DNA from: Angustibacter luteus
GTDB lineage: Bacteria > Actinomycetota > Actinomycetes > Actinomycetales > Angustibacteraceae
Assembly (NCBI RefSeq): GCF_039541115.1
Contig: NZ_BAABFP010000005.1
Location: 186,001 to 250,000, forward strand
Length of the DNA: 64,000 nt
Direction of reading: 5' to 3'
Shown here one piece after another: positions 53,879 through 64,000 of this stretch. Each line of letters starts with the position of its first letter. The first letter of the stretch is position 1. Position numbers and translations under genes: made by a program. Under the pieces are notes generated by a model. The model worked only from the letters and a program-made list of their open reading frames with translations, was not told the DNA's origin and ran no database searches.

Positions 53879-55789
53879 ATGCTCCTCGAGACCATCAAGG
53901 GGCCGCGCGACGTGCAGCGGCTCAGCCGCGACGAGGCCAAGGCGCTCGCCGGTGAGATCCGCACCTTCCTGGTCAGCGCCGTCGCCCGGACCGGTGGTCA
54001 CCTCGGCCCCAACCTCGGGGTGGTCGAGCTCACGATCGCGATCCACCGCGCGTTCGACTCCCCGCACGACACCGTCGTGTGGGACACCGGCCACCAGTCC
54101 TACGTGCACAAGCTGCTGACCGGCCGGCAGGACTTCAGCGGGTTGCGCAGCGCCGGCGGGCTGTCCGGCTACCCCTCGCGGGCCGAGAGCGAGCACGACG
54201 TCGTCGAGAACTCGCACGCCACGACGTCGCTGTCCTGGGCGGACGGCATCGCCCAGGCGTACCGGCTGCGCGGGGAGCACGACCGGCACGTCGTCGCCGT
54301 CATCGGGGACGGCGCGCTGACCGGCGGCATGGCCTGGGAGGCGATCAACAACATCGCCGCGGACAAGACCCTGCCGCTCACCATCATCGTGAACGACAAC
54401 GAACGCTCCTACGCTCCCACCACCGGCGGCCTCGCCCAGCACCTGGCCACGCTGCGCACCACCCGCGGGTACGAGCGGTTCCTCGCCTGGGGCAAGCAGA
54501 CCCTCGGCCGCACCCCCGTCGTCGGCAGCGCCATGTACGACACGCTGCACGGGGTCAAGAAGGGCCTGAAGGACATCGTGGCCCCGCAGGGCATGTTCGA
54601 GGACCTCGGGCTCAAGTACGTCGGCCCCGTGGACGGTCACGACATCGAGGCAGTGGAGAAGACGCTGCGCCAGGCGCGGACCTACGGCGGCCCGGTGCTC
54701 GTCCACGTCCTCACCCAGAAGGGGCGCGGCTACGCGCCGGCGCTCGCGGACGAGGGTGACCGCTTCCACGCGGTCGGCCCGATCGACCCCGAGACAGGTG
54801 AGGCCGTCGCCAGCTCCGGCGTGCCGTGGACCGACGTCTTCGAGGACGAGCTGGTCCGGATCGCCCGCCGCCGCCAGGACGTCGTCGGCATCACCGCCGC
54901 GATGTGCATCCCGGTCGGCCTGGCAAAGTTCCAGGCCGAGTTCCCGCAGCGCGTCTTCGACGTCGGCATCGCCGAGCAGCACGCCGCCACCAGTGCGGCC
55001 GGGATGGCCTTCGCCGGGCTGCACCCCGTGTTCGCGGTCTACGCCACGTTCCTCAACCGCGCGTTCGACCAGCTGCTGATGGACATCGCACTGCACAAGG
55101 CCGGCGTCACCTTCGTGCTGGACCGGGCCGGTGTCACGGGCCCCGACGGCGCCAGCCACCACGGCATGTGGGACCTCTCGCTCCTGCAGGTCGTGCCCGG
55201 CATCCACGTGGCCGCGCCGCGCGACGCCGCCCGGGTCCGCGAGGAGCTGCGCGAGGCGCTGGACGTCGCCGACGCCCCGAGCGTGCTGCGCTACTCGAAG
55301 GGATCCGTTCCGGCCCAGGACATCCCGGCGGTCGAGCGGGTGGGCGGCGTCGACGTCCTGCACCGCAGCGCGTCCGCCGACGTCCTCGTGGTGACCGTCG
55401 GGCCGATGGCCGGCATCGGCCTGGACGTCGCGCACCGGCTGACCGCGCACGGCATGGCCGCCACCGTCGTCGACCCGCGCTGGGTGCTGCCCGTCGACCC
55501 GGCCCTGGTCGAGATGGCCGGCCAGGTGCGGCTGGTCGTCGTCATCGAGGACGGGTCGAGGGTCGGGGGTGTCGGCTCGCGGCTGGCCCAGGAGGTCACC
55601 GACGCCGGTCTGGGCACGCGCGTGGTCGCATTGGGTATCCCGCCGCACTTCCTGGACCACGGCGACCGAGGCGCCATCCTGGCGAGCCTCGGCCTGACCG
55701 GTCAGGACGTGACCCGCCGGGTCGTCGAGGAGCTGGCCCGGCTGGAGCCGGCGATGGACGGCACCCCGGTCGTCGAGGACAGCCAGTAG
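53879..55789 (+). CDS. dxs: 1-deoxy-D-xylulose-5-phosphate synthase
   Basis: [52 protein letters not shown]. Confidence 0.97.
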   Translation: MLLETIKGPRDVQRLSRDEAKALAGEIRTFLVSAVARTGGHLGPNLGVVELTIAIHRAFDSPHDTVVWDTGHQSYVHKLLTGRQDFSGLRSAGGLSGYPSRAESEHDVVENSHATTSLSWADGIAQAYRLRGEHDRHVVAVIGDGALTGGMAWEAINNIAADKTLPLTIIVNDNERSYAPTTGGLAQHLATLRTTRGYERFLAWGKQTLGRTPVVGSAMYDTLHGVKKGLKDIVAPQGMFEDLGLKYVGPVDGHDIEAVEKTLRQARTYGGPVLVHVLTQKGRGYAPALADEGDRFHAVGPIDPETGEAVASSGVPWTDVFEDELVRIARRRQDVVGITAAMCIPVGLAKFQAEFPQRVFDVGIAEQHAATSAAGMAFAGLHPVFAVYATFLNRAFDQLLMDIALHKAGVTFVLDRAGVTGPDGASHHGMWDLSLLQVVPGIHVAAPRDAARVREELREALDVADAPSVLRYSKGSVPAQDIPAVERVGGVDVLHRSASADVLVVTVGPMAGIGLDVAHRLTAHGMAATVVDPRWVLPVDPALVEMAGQVRLVVVIEDGSRVGGVGSRLAQEVTDAGLGTRVVALGIPPHFLDHGDRGAILASLGLTGQDVTRRVVEELARLEPAMDGTPVVEDSQ

Positions 55790-55806
55790 CCAGCAGGCGA
55801 GTCGGC

Positions 55807-56322
55807 TCAGCAGTCGAAGACCGACCAGCAGATGTCGTTCCGCAGACGCTGGTCGTCGAGCACGAGGTCGCGGATCGCTGCGGGGAGCTGGTCGCGCTGC
55901 CACCGGCACTCCAGCCGTCCGGCCCTCTCGCCGTCCCCGGCCGGCGCGGCCGCCCGGGCGGCCTTGATGGCGTAGGCGGCCGCACCGAGCTCGTGGGCGG
56001 CGACGTGGGCGACGACGGCCGCCTGGCCGGCCGCGTAGGCGGCGTGGCGGGGCGCCCCACGCAGGTCTCGGGCGGCGCCCATGGCATGGCCACCGGCGGT
56101 CCGAGCCTGGGTCATGGTGATCTCGCCGTGCGCCCAGGCCCGCGCCTGCTCGATGGCCTGCCGGGGGCGGTCGTCCTGCGGCCGGGCCGACTCGAACCGG
56201 ACCAGGACGTGCTCGGCGCAGGTGGCCGCCCAGAGGGCGAGGAGGTGGTGGTCCGGGTCGGTCAGCGTCCCACCGCGGCGGATCGTCACGAAGCGCGGGT
56301 CGCGGACCTTCGGGAGGATCAC
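55807..56322 (-). CDS. Putative immunity-type helical protein (Imm5-like)
   Basis: ILPKVRDPRFVTIRRGG, LWAATCAEHVL, AAYAAGQA.VVAHVAAH.LGAAAY. Confidence 0.75.
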   Translation of the reverse strand: MILPKVRDPRFVTIRRGGTLTDPDHHLLALWAATCAEHVLVRFESARPQDDRPRQAIEQARAWAHGEITMTQARTAGGHAMGAARDLRGAPRHAAYAAGQAAVVAHVAAHELGAAAYAIKAARAAAPAGDGERAGRLECRWQRDQLPAAIRDLVLDDQRLRNDICWSVFDC

Positions 56323-56330
56323 AGCGGGGG

Positions 56331-57230
56331 TCAGCGGTAGAGCACGTTGCGTTCGTGGTGCGGCTGCGTCCCGACGGAGTCGGCCAGCGACGTCCTCGCC
56401 AGCTGCTCGGTCGACAGCAGGGACGCCGCCAGCCCGACCTCGTGGGTGGTGACCAGCAGCGGGCGCTGGACGCCGCGCAGCTCCGACTCCGTCGCGGCCG
56501 CGGCTGCCCCGACGAACGCCGGGTCGATCCGGGCCAGGTCGAACCAGCCGCGAGAGCGCATCGGGACGGCGAGCGCGCGCATCCCGATGCCGTCCTCGGT
56601 GGCCAGGTGCTTGCGCAGCCAGTGGCCGCTGAGCAGGGTCAGGACGTCGCAGCCGCCCACGGGCCGCAGCGTGCCGCCGCCGTCGGCCTCGAGTCGGGCG
56701 GCCGCGAGGACGGCCATCTCCTCGCGGTGCTTGGCCAGGTCCTTCCACCAGCGGCTGGTGTCGACCCCCGCCGCGCGAGCCGCTCCCGGCGGCAGCGGGA
56801 CGGCGAGCTGCTCGTGCTGGGCCTCGTCCGGTGGCTGGCGCAGCCCGATGCCGACGTCGAGCACGCCGCCGAGCACCCGCTCGACCACCCACTCGGGGCC
56901 GGGGTGCAGGGCGTGGCCGGCCGGCAGGGCCAGCGCGATCGTGCGGCTGGGCCGGGCCGGGCCGAGACCGTGCAGCGTGGGCAGCTGAGCCAGCGAGATG
57001 TACGCCCGCAGCCAGTCGCGCAGGCGCAGCCGGCCCGGCAGGGACTCGGGGTCGGCCCCGGCCAGCGCGCCCTCCAGGTGCTGCCAGCCGACCGACGTCC
57101 AGGCGTCGCGCTCGTCCCACTGGGACCCCACGAGGACACCGTCAGCGCGGGCCTCCAGCGGGATGTCGTGCAGCACGCTCGCCGCGAGCGTGCCGCGGCG
57201 CAGCGCACCGGCGTTCGACGGGTTCTGCAC
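56331..57230 (-). CDS. Hypothetical protein
   Basis: About 300-aa ORF with GC3-rich codons. TACCGT-N6-GTG leaderless-type start. No recognised motif. Confidence 0.7.
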   Translation of the reverse strand: MQNPSNAGALRRGTLAASVLHDIPLEARADGVLVGSQWDERDAWTSVGWQHLEGALAGADPESLPGRLRLRDWLRAYISLAQLPTLHGLGPARPSRTIALALPAGHALHPGPEWVVERVLGGVLDVGIGLRQPPDEAQHEQLAVPLPPGAARAAGVDTSRWWKDLAKHREEMAVLAAARLEADGGGTLRPVGGCDVLTLLSGHWLRKHLATEDGIGMRALAVPMRSRGWFDLARIDPAFVGAAAAATESELRGVQRPLLVTTHEVGLAASLLSTEQLARTSLADSVGTQPHHERNVLYR

Positions 57231-57378
57231 AGGTAGACGGTACGGGTCGCAGCCCCGCCGGGGCACACCGACAGGCACGGTTGTGACGGGTGGGACGTAC
57301 TTCACGCCGAACGGCTCAGAGCGGCATCACCGCGTACCGGGCGATCACGCACCGTGCCCGGCTGCGTCATCTCAACCG

Positions 57379-59424
57379 TCAGCGGCCGGCGACCGCCAGC
57401 GGTCCGTCCACGCCGCGACCCGAGGCGCTCTCCTCGTCCAGCAAGCGACTGGTCATCCGGTGCAGCGCGGTGTCGAGCAGCTGGACGTCGGCCGCCGAGG
57501 GCTGGTCGGACGTGCCCAGGTGCAGCAGCAGCCAGCCCTTGAGCTCGGCGGTGAACAGCTCCCACTGCTCGTCCGCCAGCGCGGTCGTCGCCCAACCGCT
57601 CGGGTCACCCGTCAGGTAGCCGCCGTCCTGGGTCTGCACGAACGCCGGCAGCAGCACGCTGGCCGGCACCCTGGTCCCGGCGGCGATGGCGTCCAGGTCG
57701 GCTGACACGCCGTGCCGGTTGCGCAGCAGCACCTGAGCGACGCACCAGGTCTCGGCGCCGCCCAGCTCGGTGCCGGAGGCCACCCGGATCGCCGGCAGCT
57801 GACGCCGCCCCTCCCGACCCATCAATCGGGCCATCACGGTCTCCAACGTGCGTTCGGAGTCGGCTCCCTCGGTCATCCCGAAGCCCTCACCGAGGTCGGT
57901 GGCACCCGCTCGGGCGGCGTCGCGCAGCGGCACCTGGGGCAGGAACAGGGCGAGGATGAACGCGACGACGCCCACCGGCGCGGCGTAGAGGAACACCGAG
58001 TGCAGGACGTCGGCGTAAGCGCTGACCACCGGTGCGATGACGTCGGCGGGGTGGCTGTGCAGGGCCGCGGGTGAGGTGACCTCCGCCGGCGGCAGTCCGG
58101 AAGCGATGACGGCCGGCGGCAGCGCCTTCTCGAGGTGCCCGGCGTAGATGGCGCCGAAGACGGCGGCCCCGAAGCAGCTGCCCAGGGTCCGGAAGAACGT
58201 CACTCCGGAGGTCGCCACGCCCAGGTCGGCGTAGTCGCTGGTGTTCTGCACGATGATCACCAGGATCTGCATGCACAGCCCGAGTCCGACGCCCAGCACG
58301 ATCATGAACAGCGAGATCCGCAGGAAGCCCGTGTTCTCGTCCATGGTCGACATCAGCAGCAGGCCGACGGTCAGCAGTGCCGAGCCGACGATGGGGAAGA
58401 TCTTGTACTTGCCGGTCCGGCCGACGATGGTGCCGGACGCGATCGAGGCCGTCAGGAGTCCCAGCACCATGGGCAGGGTGCGCAGACCGGACGACGTCGC
58501 CGAGACCCCGTGCACGTACTGCAGGTACGTGGGCAGGAACGTCAGCGCGCCCAGCATGGCGAAGCCGACGACGAACGAGATGATCGAGGACAGCGAGAAC
58601 ACCGCGCTCTTGAACAGGTGCAGGGGCAGCATGGGCTCCGCCGCGCGACGCTCGGCGACGATGAAGGCCACGATTCCCAGCGCGCTGGCGACGAAGAGAC
58701 CGAGGATGAACGTCGACGTCCAGTCGTACTCCGTGCCCCCCAGGCTGGTGGCGAGCACCAGACCGCCGGCGCCGACCGAGATCGCAGCGATGCCGGCGTA
58801 GTCGATGACCGGCTTGCCGGTCGATCGGACGGACGGCATGGTCTTGGCGGCGATCGCGATGACCAGGATGCCGATCGGTAGGTTCACCAGGAAGCACCAG
58901 TGCCAGGACAGGTGGTCCGTGAACAGGCCGCCGAGCAGCGGGCCGATGACGGTCGTGACCCCGAACACCGCCCCGAGCGCACCCTGGTACTTGCCGCGCT
59001 CGCGCAGGGGGACGACGTCCGCGATCAGGGCGGTGGCGGTGACCATGAGGCCGCCGGCGCCGACCCCCTGCACCGCACGCCAGCCGACCAGCCAGGACAT
59101 GCTCTGCGCGAGCGCGCACATCGCGGAGGCGCCGACGAAGATGCCCGCGCTCAGCTGGAAGATCAGCTTGCGCCCGAACAGGTCGCCGAACTTGCCGGCG
59201 AGCACCGTCGCGATGGTGTCGGTGATCAGGTACGCCGTCACCACCCACGACACGTGCGCGGCGCCGCCCAGGTCGCCCACGATGGTCGGTAGCGCCGTCG
59301 AGACGATGGTCTGGTCCAGGGCGGCCAGCAGCATGCCGAGCAGGATCGTGGCGAAGACGACGTTGATCTGCCGGCGGGTGAGTGTCGGTGCCGGTGATGT
59401 GCAGGGGGAGACCTGCGTGGCCAC
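57379..59424 (-). CDS. DHA2 (14-TM) MFS efflux transporter with extra C-terminal domain
   Basis: LDQTIVSTALP, GKFGDLFGRK, RAVQGVGAGG, GPLLGG, NLPIG. About 170-aa soluble tail. Confidence 0.92.
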   Translation of the reverse strand: MATQVSPCTSPAPTLTRRQINVVFATILLGMLLAALDQTIVSTALPTIVGDLGGAAHVSWVVTAYLITDTIATVLAGKFGDLFGRKLIFQLSAGIFVGASAMCALAQSMSWLVGWRAVQGVGAGGLMVTATALIADVVPLRERGKYQGALGAVFGVTTVIGPLLGGLFTDHLSWHWCFLVNLPIGILVIAIAAKTMPSVRSTGKPVIDYAGIAAISVGAGGLVLATSLGGTEYDWTSTFILGLFVASALGIVAFIVAERRAAEPMLPLHLFKSAVFSLSSIISFVVGFAMLGALTFLPTYLQYVHGVSATSSGLRTLPMVLGLLTASIASGTIVGRTGKYKIFPIVGSALLTVGLLLMSTMDENTGFLRISLFMIVLGVGLGLCMQILVIIVQNTSDYADLGVATSGVTFFRTLGSCFGAAVFGAIYAGHLEKALPPAVIASGLPPAEVTSPAALHSHPADVIAPVVSAYADVLHSVFLYAAPVGVVAFILALFLPQVPLRDAARAGATDLGEGFGMTEGADSERTLETVMARLMGREGRRQLPAIRVASGTELGGAETWCVAQVLLRNRHGVSADLDAIAAGTRVPASVLLPAFVQTQDGGYLTGDPSGWATTALADEQWELFTAELKGWLLLHLGTSDQPSAADVQLLDTALHRMTSRLLDEESASGRGVDGPLAVAGR

Positions 59425-59534
59425 GGCGCGGCTCCAGACCGCCTCGACCCCTCCCGGGAGGTCCCCGGCTCACGCGAGGCACCACGCAGTATGCCGTTTT
59501 CGAGACGGTTGCACGAGGGCAACGACCGGCTAGG

Positions 59535-60284
59535 TCAGTGGGCGGTCCAGCCGCCGTCCAGGGCGAACGACGAACCGGTGATGGACGTCGCGGCGGGTCC
59601 GCACAGGTACGCGACGAGCTCGGCCACCTCGGCCGGCTCGACGAGGCGCTTGAGGGCGACCGGCTCGAGCAGCACCTGCTCGAGCACCTCGTCCTCGCTG
59701 ATGCCGTGGCTGCTCGCCTGGTCCGCGATCTGCTTCTCCACCAACGGAGTTCGCACGTAGGCGGGGTTGACGCAGTTGCTGGTCACGCCGTGCTCGGCTC
59801 CCTCCAGCGCAATGACCTTGCTCAGGCCCTCGAGGCCGTGCTTGGCCGTGACGTAGGCGGACTTGAACGGCGACGCGCGCAGCCCGTGCACCGACGACAC
59901 GTTCACCACACGACCCCAGCCGCGCTCGTACATGCCCGGCAGAGCGCGCCGGACCAGCCGGAAGGGCGCCTCCAGCATCACGGTGAGGATCTGGTGGAAC
60001 ACCTCCGGCGGGAACTCGTGCAGGGGAGCGACGTGCTGCAGGCCCGCGTTGTTGACCACGATGTCGACGTCCACGTCGAGGCCGTCGACCGCGTCCAGGT
60101 CGGACAGGTCGCAGGTCAGCGCGGTCGCGCCCAGCCGGTCGGCCAGCTGCTGCAGCGGCTCCGCGGCCAGGTCGACGAGCCGCAGGGACGCCCCCGCGGC
60201 GGCGAGCCGTTCGGCGCAGGCCGCGCCGATCCCGCTGGCGGCGCCGGTGACCAGGGCAGTTCGTCCGGTGAGGTCGGTCGTCAT
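59535..60284 (-). CDS. bdh: 3-hydroxybutyrate dehydrogenase (SDR)
   Basis: TGAASGIG, NNAGLQHV, SSVHG, KSAYVTAKHG, PAYVRTPLV..QI. Confidence 0.9.
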   Translation of the reverse strand: MTTDLTGRTALVTGAASGIGAACAERLAAAGASLRLVDLAAEPLQQLADRLGATALTCDLSDLDAVDGLDVDVDIVVNNAGLQHVAPLHEFPPEVFHQILTVMLEAPFRLVRRALPGMYERGWGRVVNVSSVHGLRASPFKSAYVTAKHGLEGLSKVIALEGAEHGVTSNCVNPAYVRTPLVEKQIADQASSHGISEDEVLEQVLLEPVALKRLVEPAEVAELVAYLCGPAATSITGSSFALDGGWTAH

Positions 60285-60315
60285 GCGATCGAGGCTAGGG
60301 CGGTTCGTCAGATGA

Positions 60316-60357
60316 CGCAGATGGGGCACCCGACCGACGTCAGGTGCCCCATCTGCG
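60316..60357 (-). terminator. Hairpin downstream of fadB
   Basis: 15-bp arms CGCAGATGGGGCACC / GGTGCCCCATCTGCG. Confidence 0.7.
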
Positions 60358-60384
60358 ACCACTCAGCGGCGGCCCGGCGACGGC

Positions 60385-62541
60385 TCAGGCCGGGACGCTC
60401 GCGACGCCCGGGGCAAGGAACCGCCCGCCGGCCGCCCGCTCGGCGACGCCGGTGCGGTCCAGCAGGGGCGTGAGCCCGCCGTTCCAGAACGAGAAGCCCG
60501 CTCCGGTGATCATCGCCAGGTCGAGGTCCTCGGGGGCGACCACCACGCCCTCGTCGAGCATCCGCCGGGCCTCGTCGGCCAGGGCCGTGAGCACCTGCTC
60601 GCGCACCTGCTCACGGGTCAGCACGACGGGCTCCGCGGGCTCGTCGAACAGGGCGGCGACCTCCGGGTCCAGGCTCGGCTTCGGACCGTCCCAGACGTAG
60701 AAGCCGGGCTTGCCGGCCGCCACGACGCGGCGCAGGTTCTCCGAGACGTAGAACCGGTCGGGGAACGCCCCGGCGAGCGTCTCGGAGTTGTGCAGCGCGA
60801 TGGCCGGGCCGACGAGTGCGAGCAGCACGAACGGTGGCATCGGTGCGAACCCGGCGAACGCGCTGTCCGCGACCTCGAGCGGGGTGCCCTCGTCGGTGAC
60901 CCGTCCCACCTCGCCCATGAACCGGCCGAGCAGCCGGTTCACGATGAACGAGGGGGAGTCCTTGACCCCGATCGTGGTCTTGCGCAACGTCTTGCCGGTC
61001 GCGAACGCGGTGGCCAGCGTGGCGTCGTCCGTCTGGTCACCGCGCACGATCTCGAGCAGGGGCATGATCGCGACCGGGTTGAAGAAGTGGAACCCGACGA
61101 CCCGCTCCGGGTGCTCGAGCTTCGAGGCCATCTCGGTGATCGACAGCGACGAGGTGTTCGTGGCCAGCACGCACTCGGGCGAGACGATGGCCTCGACCTC
61201 GGCGAACACCTGCTGCTTGACCGACATCTCCTCGAAGACGGCCTCGATGACGAAGTCGGCGTCCGCGAAGCCGTCCTTGGACGTCGAGCCGGTCAGCAGC
61301 GCCTTGAGCCGGTTGGCCTTGTCCGGGCCGATCCGGCCCTTGCCGAGCAGGCCGTCGATCTCGCCGTGCACGTACGACACGCCCTTGTCGACCCGAGCCT
61401 GGTCCAGGTCGGTCATCACGACCGGCACCTCGAGCCGCTGGGCGAACAGCAGCGCGAGCTGGCTGGCCATCAGCCCGGCCCCGACGATGCCGACCTTCGT
61501 GACCGGACGGGCCAGCGCCTTGTCCGGCGCGCCGGCGGGGCGCTTGGCGCGGCCCTGCACGAGGTTGAACGAGTAGACGCCGGAGCGGAACTCCTCGCTC
61601 ATGATGAGGTCCGCCAGCGCGGCGTCCTCGGCGGCGAAACCGGCGTCCCGGTCGGCGGTCCGCGCGGCCCGGACGATCTCGATCGCCCGGTACGGCGCTG
61701 GTGCGACGCCGCCGGTCTTCATGTCCGCGAACGCCTTGGCCGCCGCGAGTGCGCCCTCCCAGACCTGCTCGTCGCGCTCGATCTCGGCGCGCTCGACGAC
61801 GACGTCGCCGCGGACGACGGCACCGGCCCAGCGCAGCGACTGCTCCAGGAAGTCGGCGGGCTCGAACATGGCGTCCGCGATGCCGAGCTTGTACGCCTGC
61901 GGCCCCTTCAGCATCCGGTTCTGGCTGAGCGGGTTCTCGATGATCACCTTGAGGGCGTTCGTGACGCCGACCAGGTTCGGCAGCAGGTGGTTGCCGCCCC
62001 AGCCGGGCACCAGCCCCAGGAAGGTCTCGGGCAGCGCGACCGCGGGCACCCCGGACGAGATGGTCCGGTAGGTCGCGTGCAGCGCCACCTCGACGCCGCC
62101 ACCCATGGCCGCGCCGTTGACGAACGCGAAGGACGGCACGGCGAGCTCGCCCAGGCGGCGCAGGGTGTCGTGGCCGAACCGGGCGATGGTCAGCGCCTGC
62201 TCGCGGTCGCTGAGTGCACCGACGTCCTTCAGGTCCGCGCCGACCGCGAAGATGAAGGGCTTGCCGGTGATGCCGACCGCGACGATCTCGCCGGAGTCGG
62301 CGCGGGCGGACACCGCGTCGAGCGCGGCGGACAGGTTGAGCAGCCCGCGCGGGCCGAGCGTCGTCGGCTTGGTGTGGTCGAAGCCGTTGTCCATGCTGAT
62401 CAGCGCCAGCGTGCCCGGGCCGCCGGGCAGGGCGACGTCGCGGACGTGGAAGGACGTGACCCGCTCGTCGGAGCCCGCCTCGGCGAGCGCCTGGACGTCG
62501 GCGATCACCTGGGCAGTGTCGTGGCCGGTGGTCGTGGTCAT
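60385..62541 (-). CDS. fadB: Enoyl-CoA hydratase / 3-hydroxyacyl-CoA dehydrogenase (beta-oxidation multifunctional subunit)
   Basis: FAVGADL, GGGVE, LPE.FLGLVPGWGG, GAGLMA, IEAVFEE, NTSSL, HFFNP. Confidence 0.92.
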   Translation of the reverse strand: MTTTTGHDTAQVIADVQALAEAGSDERVTSFHVRDVALPGGPGTLALISMDNGFDHTKPTTLGPRGLLNLSAALDAVSARADSGEIVAVGITGKPFIFAVGADLKDVGALSDREQALTIARFGHDTLRRLGELAVPSFAFVNGAAMGGGVEVALHATYRTISSGVPAVALPETFLGLVPGWGGNHLLPNLVGVTNALKVIIENPLSQNRMLKGPQAYKLGIADAMFEPADFLEQSLRWAGAVVRGDVVVERAEIERDEQVWEGALAAAKAFADMKTGGVAPAPYRAIEIVRAARTADRDAGFAAEDAALADLIMSEEFRSGVYSFNLVQGRAKRPAGAPDKALARPVTKVGIVGAGLMASQLALLFAQRLEVPVVMTDLDQARVDKGVSYVHGEIDGLLGKGRIGPDKANRLKALLTGSTSKDGFADADFVIEAVFEEMSVKQQVFAEVEAIVSPECVLATNTSSLSITEMASKLEHPERVVGFHFFNPVAIMPLLEIVRGDQTDDATLATAFATGKTLRKTTIGVKDSPSFIVNRLLGRFMGEVGRVTDEGTPLEVADSAFAGFAPMPPFVLLALVGPAIALHNSETLAGAFPDRFYVSENLRRVVAAGKPGFYVWDGPKPSLDPEVAALFDEPAEPVVLTREQVREQVLTALADEARRMLDEGVVVAPEDLDLAMITGAGFSFWNGGLTPLLDRTGVAERAAGGRFLAPGVASVPA

Positions 62542-63785
62542 CAGGCTGCCGTCCCCTCGGTCGAAGCGTCCTGGGCGTCGTCCTTGCCGTAGTCGGCGTG
62601 GTGCGGGTTCTCCCAGATCACCGCGCCGCCCATGCCGATCCCGATGCACATGGCGGTCAGGCCGTAGCGGACCTGCGGGTTCTCCTCGAACTGCCGGGCC
62701 AGCTGGGTCATCAGCCGGACGCCGGACGAGGCCAGCGGGTGACCGGTCGCGATGGCGCCGCCGTACTGGTTGACCCGGGCGTCGTCGTCCGCGATCCCGA
62801 AGTGGTCGAGGAAGGCGAGCACCTGGACGGCGAACGCCTCGTTCAGCTCGAACAGGCCGATGTCCTCGATGGTCAGGCCGGCCTGCTTGAGCGCCTTCTC
62901 GGTGGCCGGCACCGGGCCGATCCCCATGACCTCGGGCTCGACTCCGACGAAGGAGTAGGCGACCAGGCGCATGCGGGCCGGCAGACCCAGCTCGTCGGCG
63001 GTCTCGGCGGAGGCCAGGATGCAGGCGGTGGCGCCGTCGTTGAGCCCGGCGGCGTTGCCCGCGGTGACCCGGCCGTGCGGGCGGAACGGGGTCTTCAGGG
63101 CGGCCAGGTCCTCAAGGGTGGTGCCGGGGCGCGGCGGCTCGTCGGCCGTGGACAGGCCCCAGCCGAGCTCGTCGTGCCGCGTCGCGACCGGCACCAGGTC
63201 GGGCTGGATCTTGTTGTCCGCGTAGGCCTGGGCGAGCTTGTCCTGGCTCCCGACGGCGAACCGGTCCGAGCGCTCCTTGGTGATCTCCGGGAACCGGTCG
63301 TGCAGGTTCTCGGCGGTCGAGCCCATCACGAGCGCGGACGGGTCGACGAGCTTCTCGGCGACGATCCGCGGGTTGGGGTCGACGCCCTCGCCCATCGGGT
63401 GGTGGCCCATGTGCTCGACGCCGCCGGCGATGACCACGTCGTAGGCGCCGAACGCGATCCCGGACGCGGTGGTGGTGACGGCCGTCATGGCGCCGGCGCA
63501 CATCCGGTCGATGGAGAAGCCCGGCACCGTCTTCGGCAGGCCGGACAGCAGCGCCGCCAGCCGGCCGATGGTCAGTCCCTGGTCGCCGATCTGGGTGGTC
63601 GCGGCGATGGCCACGTCGTCCACCCGCTCCGGCGGCAGCTGCGGGTTGCGCCGCACCAGCTCGCGGATGCAGTTGATGACCAGGTCGTCGGCGCGGGTCT
63701 GCGCGTAGACGCCCTTCTGGCCGGCCTTGCCGAACGGGGTGCGGACACCGTCGACGAAGACGACGTCGCGTAGCGCGCGGGGCAC
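62541..63785 (-). CDS. fadA: Acetyl-CoA acyltransferase (thiolase)
   Basis: RTPFG, DRMCAG, NEAFA, GGAIATGHP, MCIGIGMG. GGAGGA RBS. Confidence 0.94.
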   Translation of the reverse strand: MPRALRDVVFVDGVRTPFGKAGQKGVYAQTRADDLVINCIRELVRRNPQLPPERVDDVAIAATTQIGDQGLTIGRLAALLSGLPKTVPGFSIDRMCAGAMTAVTTTASGIAFGAYDVVIAGGVEHMGHHPMGEGVDPNPRIVAEKLVDPSALVMGSTAENLHDRFPEITKERSDRFAVGSQDKLAQAYADNKIQPDLVPVATRHDELGWGLSTADEPPRPGTTLEDLAALKTPFRPHGRVTAGNAAGLNDGATACILASAETADELGLPARMRLVAYSFVGVEPEVMGIGPVPATEKALKQAGLTIEDIGLFELNEAFAVQVLAFLDHFGIADDDARVNQYGGAIATGHPLASSGVRLMTQLARQFEENPQVRYGLTAMCIGIGMGGAVIWENPHHADYGKDDAQDASTEGTAA

Positions 63786-63850
63786 GATTCCTCCCAAGCG
63801 GGACGGGGTGGTGGCGCCCGATCCGGGGTCGCCAGGACTGACCTGCTGAT

Positions 63851-63866
63851 GCTACTCGCCGGTAAC
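63851..63866. promoter_or_regulatory. Palindromic operator candidate overlapping the fadA -10
   Basis: GCTACTCGCCGGTAAC (G(T/C)TAC-N6-GTAAC). Minus-strand TAGCAT at 63849-63854 overlaps it. Confidence 0.5.
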
Positions 63867-63928
63867 CTGGAGCGGCAGTCGCACCCGTGTGACACCACTC
63901 ACCCCGACTGGCTCTAGTCTGACCCGTC

Positions 63929-64000
63929 ATGGCCGAGCAGGGGGTTCAGCCCCAGTCCGTCGACCTCGTGGTGCTGGGTGCCGGCATCTCGGGGCTGACC
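63929..64000 (+). CDS. 5' end of an FAD-dependent oxidoreductase (partial)
   Basis: MAEQGVQPQSVDLVVLGAGISGLT (GxGxxG). TAGTCT hexamer 8 nt upstream. Confidence 0.8.
   Translation, partial: MAEQGVQPQSVDLVVLGAGISGLT

Overview
Very GC-rich actinobacterial chromosomal segment. Gene content and order are typical of Actinomycetes; the genus cannot be determined from sequence alone. About 63 CDSs, mostly core genes. Main blocks: (1) tlyA-ppnK-recN-steA-steB followed by a MraY/WecA-like transferase, a MurJ-like flippase, a GT4 glycosyltransferase, pyrG and a NUDIX gene. (2) An accessory patch: secreted SxxK serine hydrolase, acyl-CoA synthetase, lipoprotein, pseudouridine kinase/psuG. (3) A Pat-type acetyltransferase with a vapBC pair behind it, then DUF5998, phosphodiesterase, tdk, methyltransferase, Fur, def. 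(4) The sepH-hemH-suhB-dut-trkA-APC-RNA methyltransferase-acnA region. (5) A xylose/sugar ABC transporter with two ROK regulators and xylB-xylA. (6) dxs, an MFS pump, bdh and fadB-fadA. No rRNA, tRNA, CRISPR array, transposase, integrase or phage gene was recognised. Best candidates for novelty: the apparent lipid-linked glycan synthesis/flipping module joined to steAB, an unannotated 27-aa membrane protein coupled to both neighbours, chains of coupled micro-ORFs, pervasive leaderless gene architecture, several readable operators, a His-Asp repeat at the RecN coiled-coil turn, and an internally deleted GNAT. All calls come from motif recognition by eye; no database searches were run.
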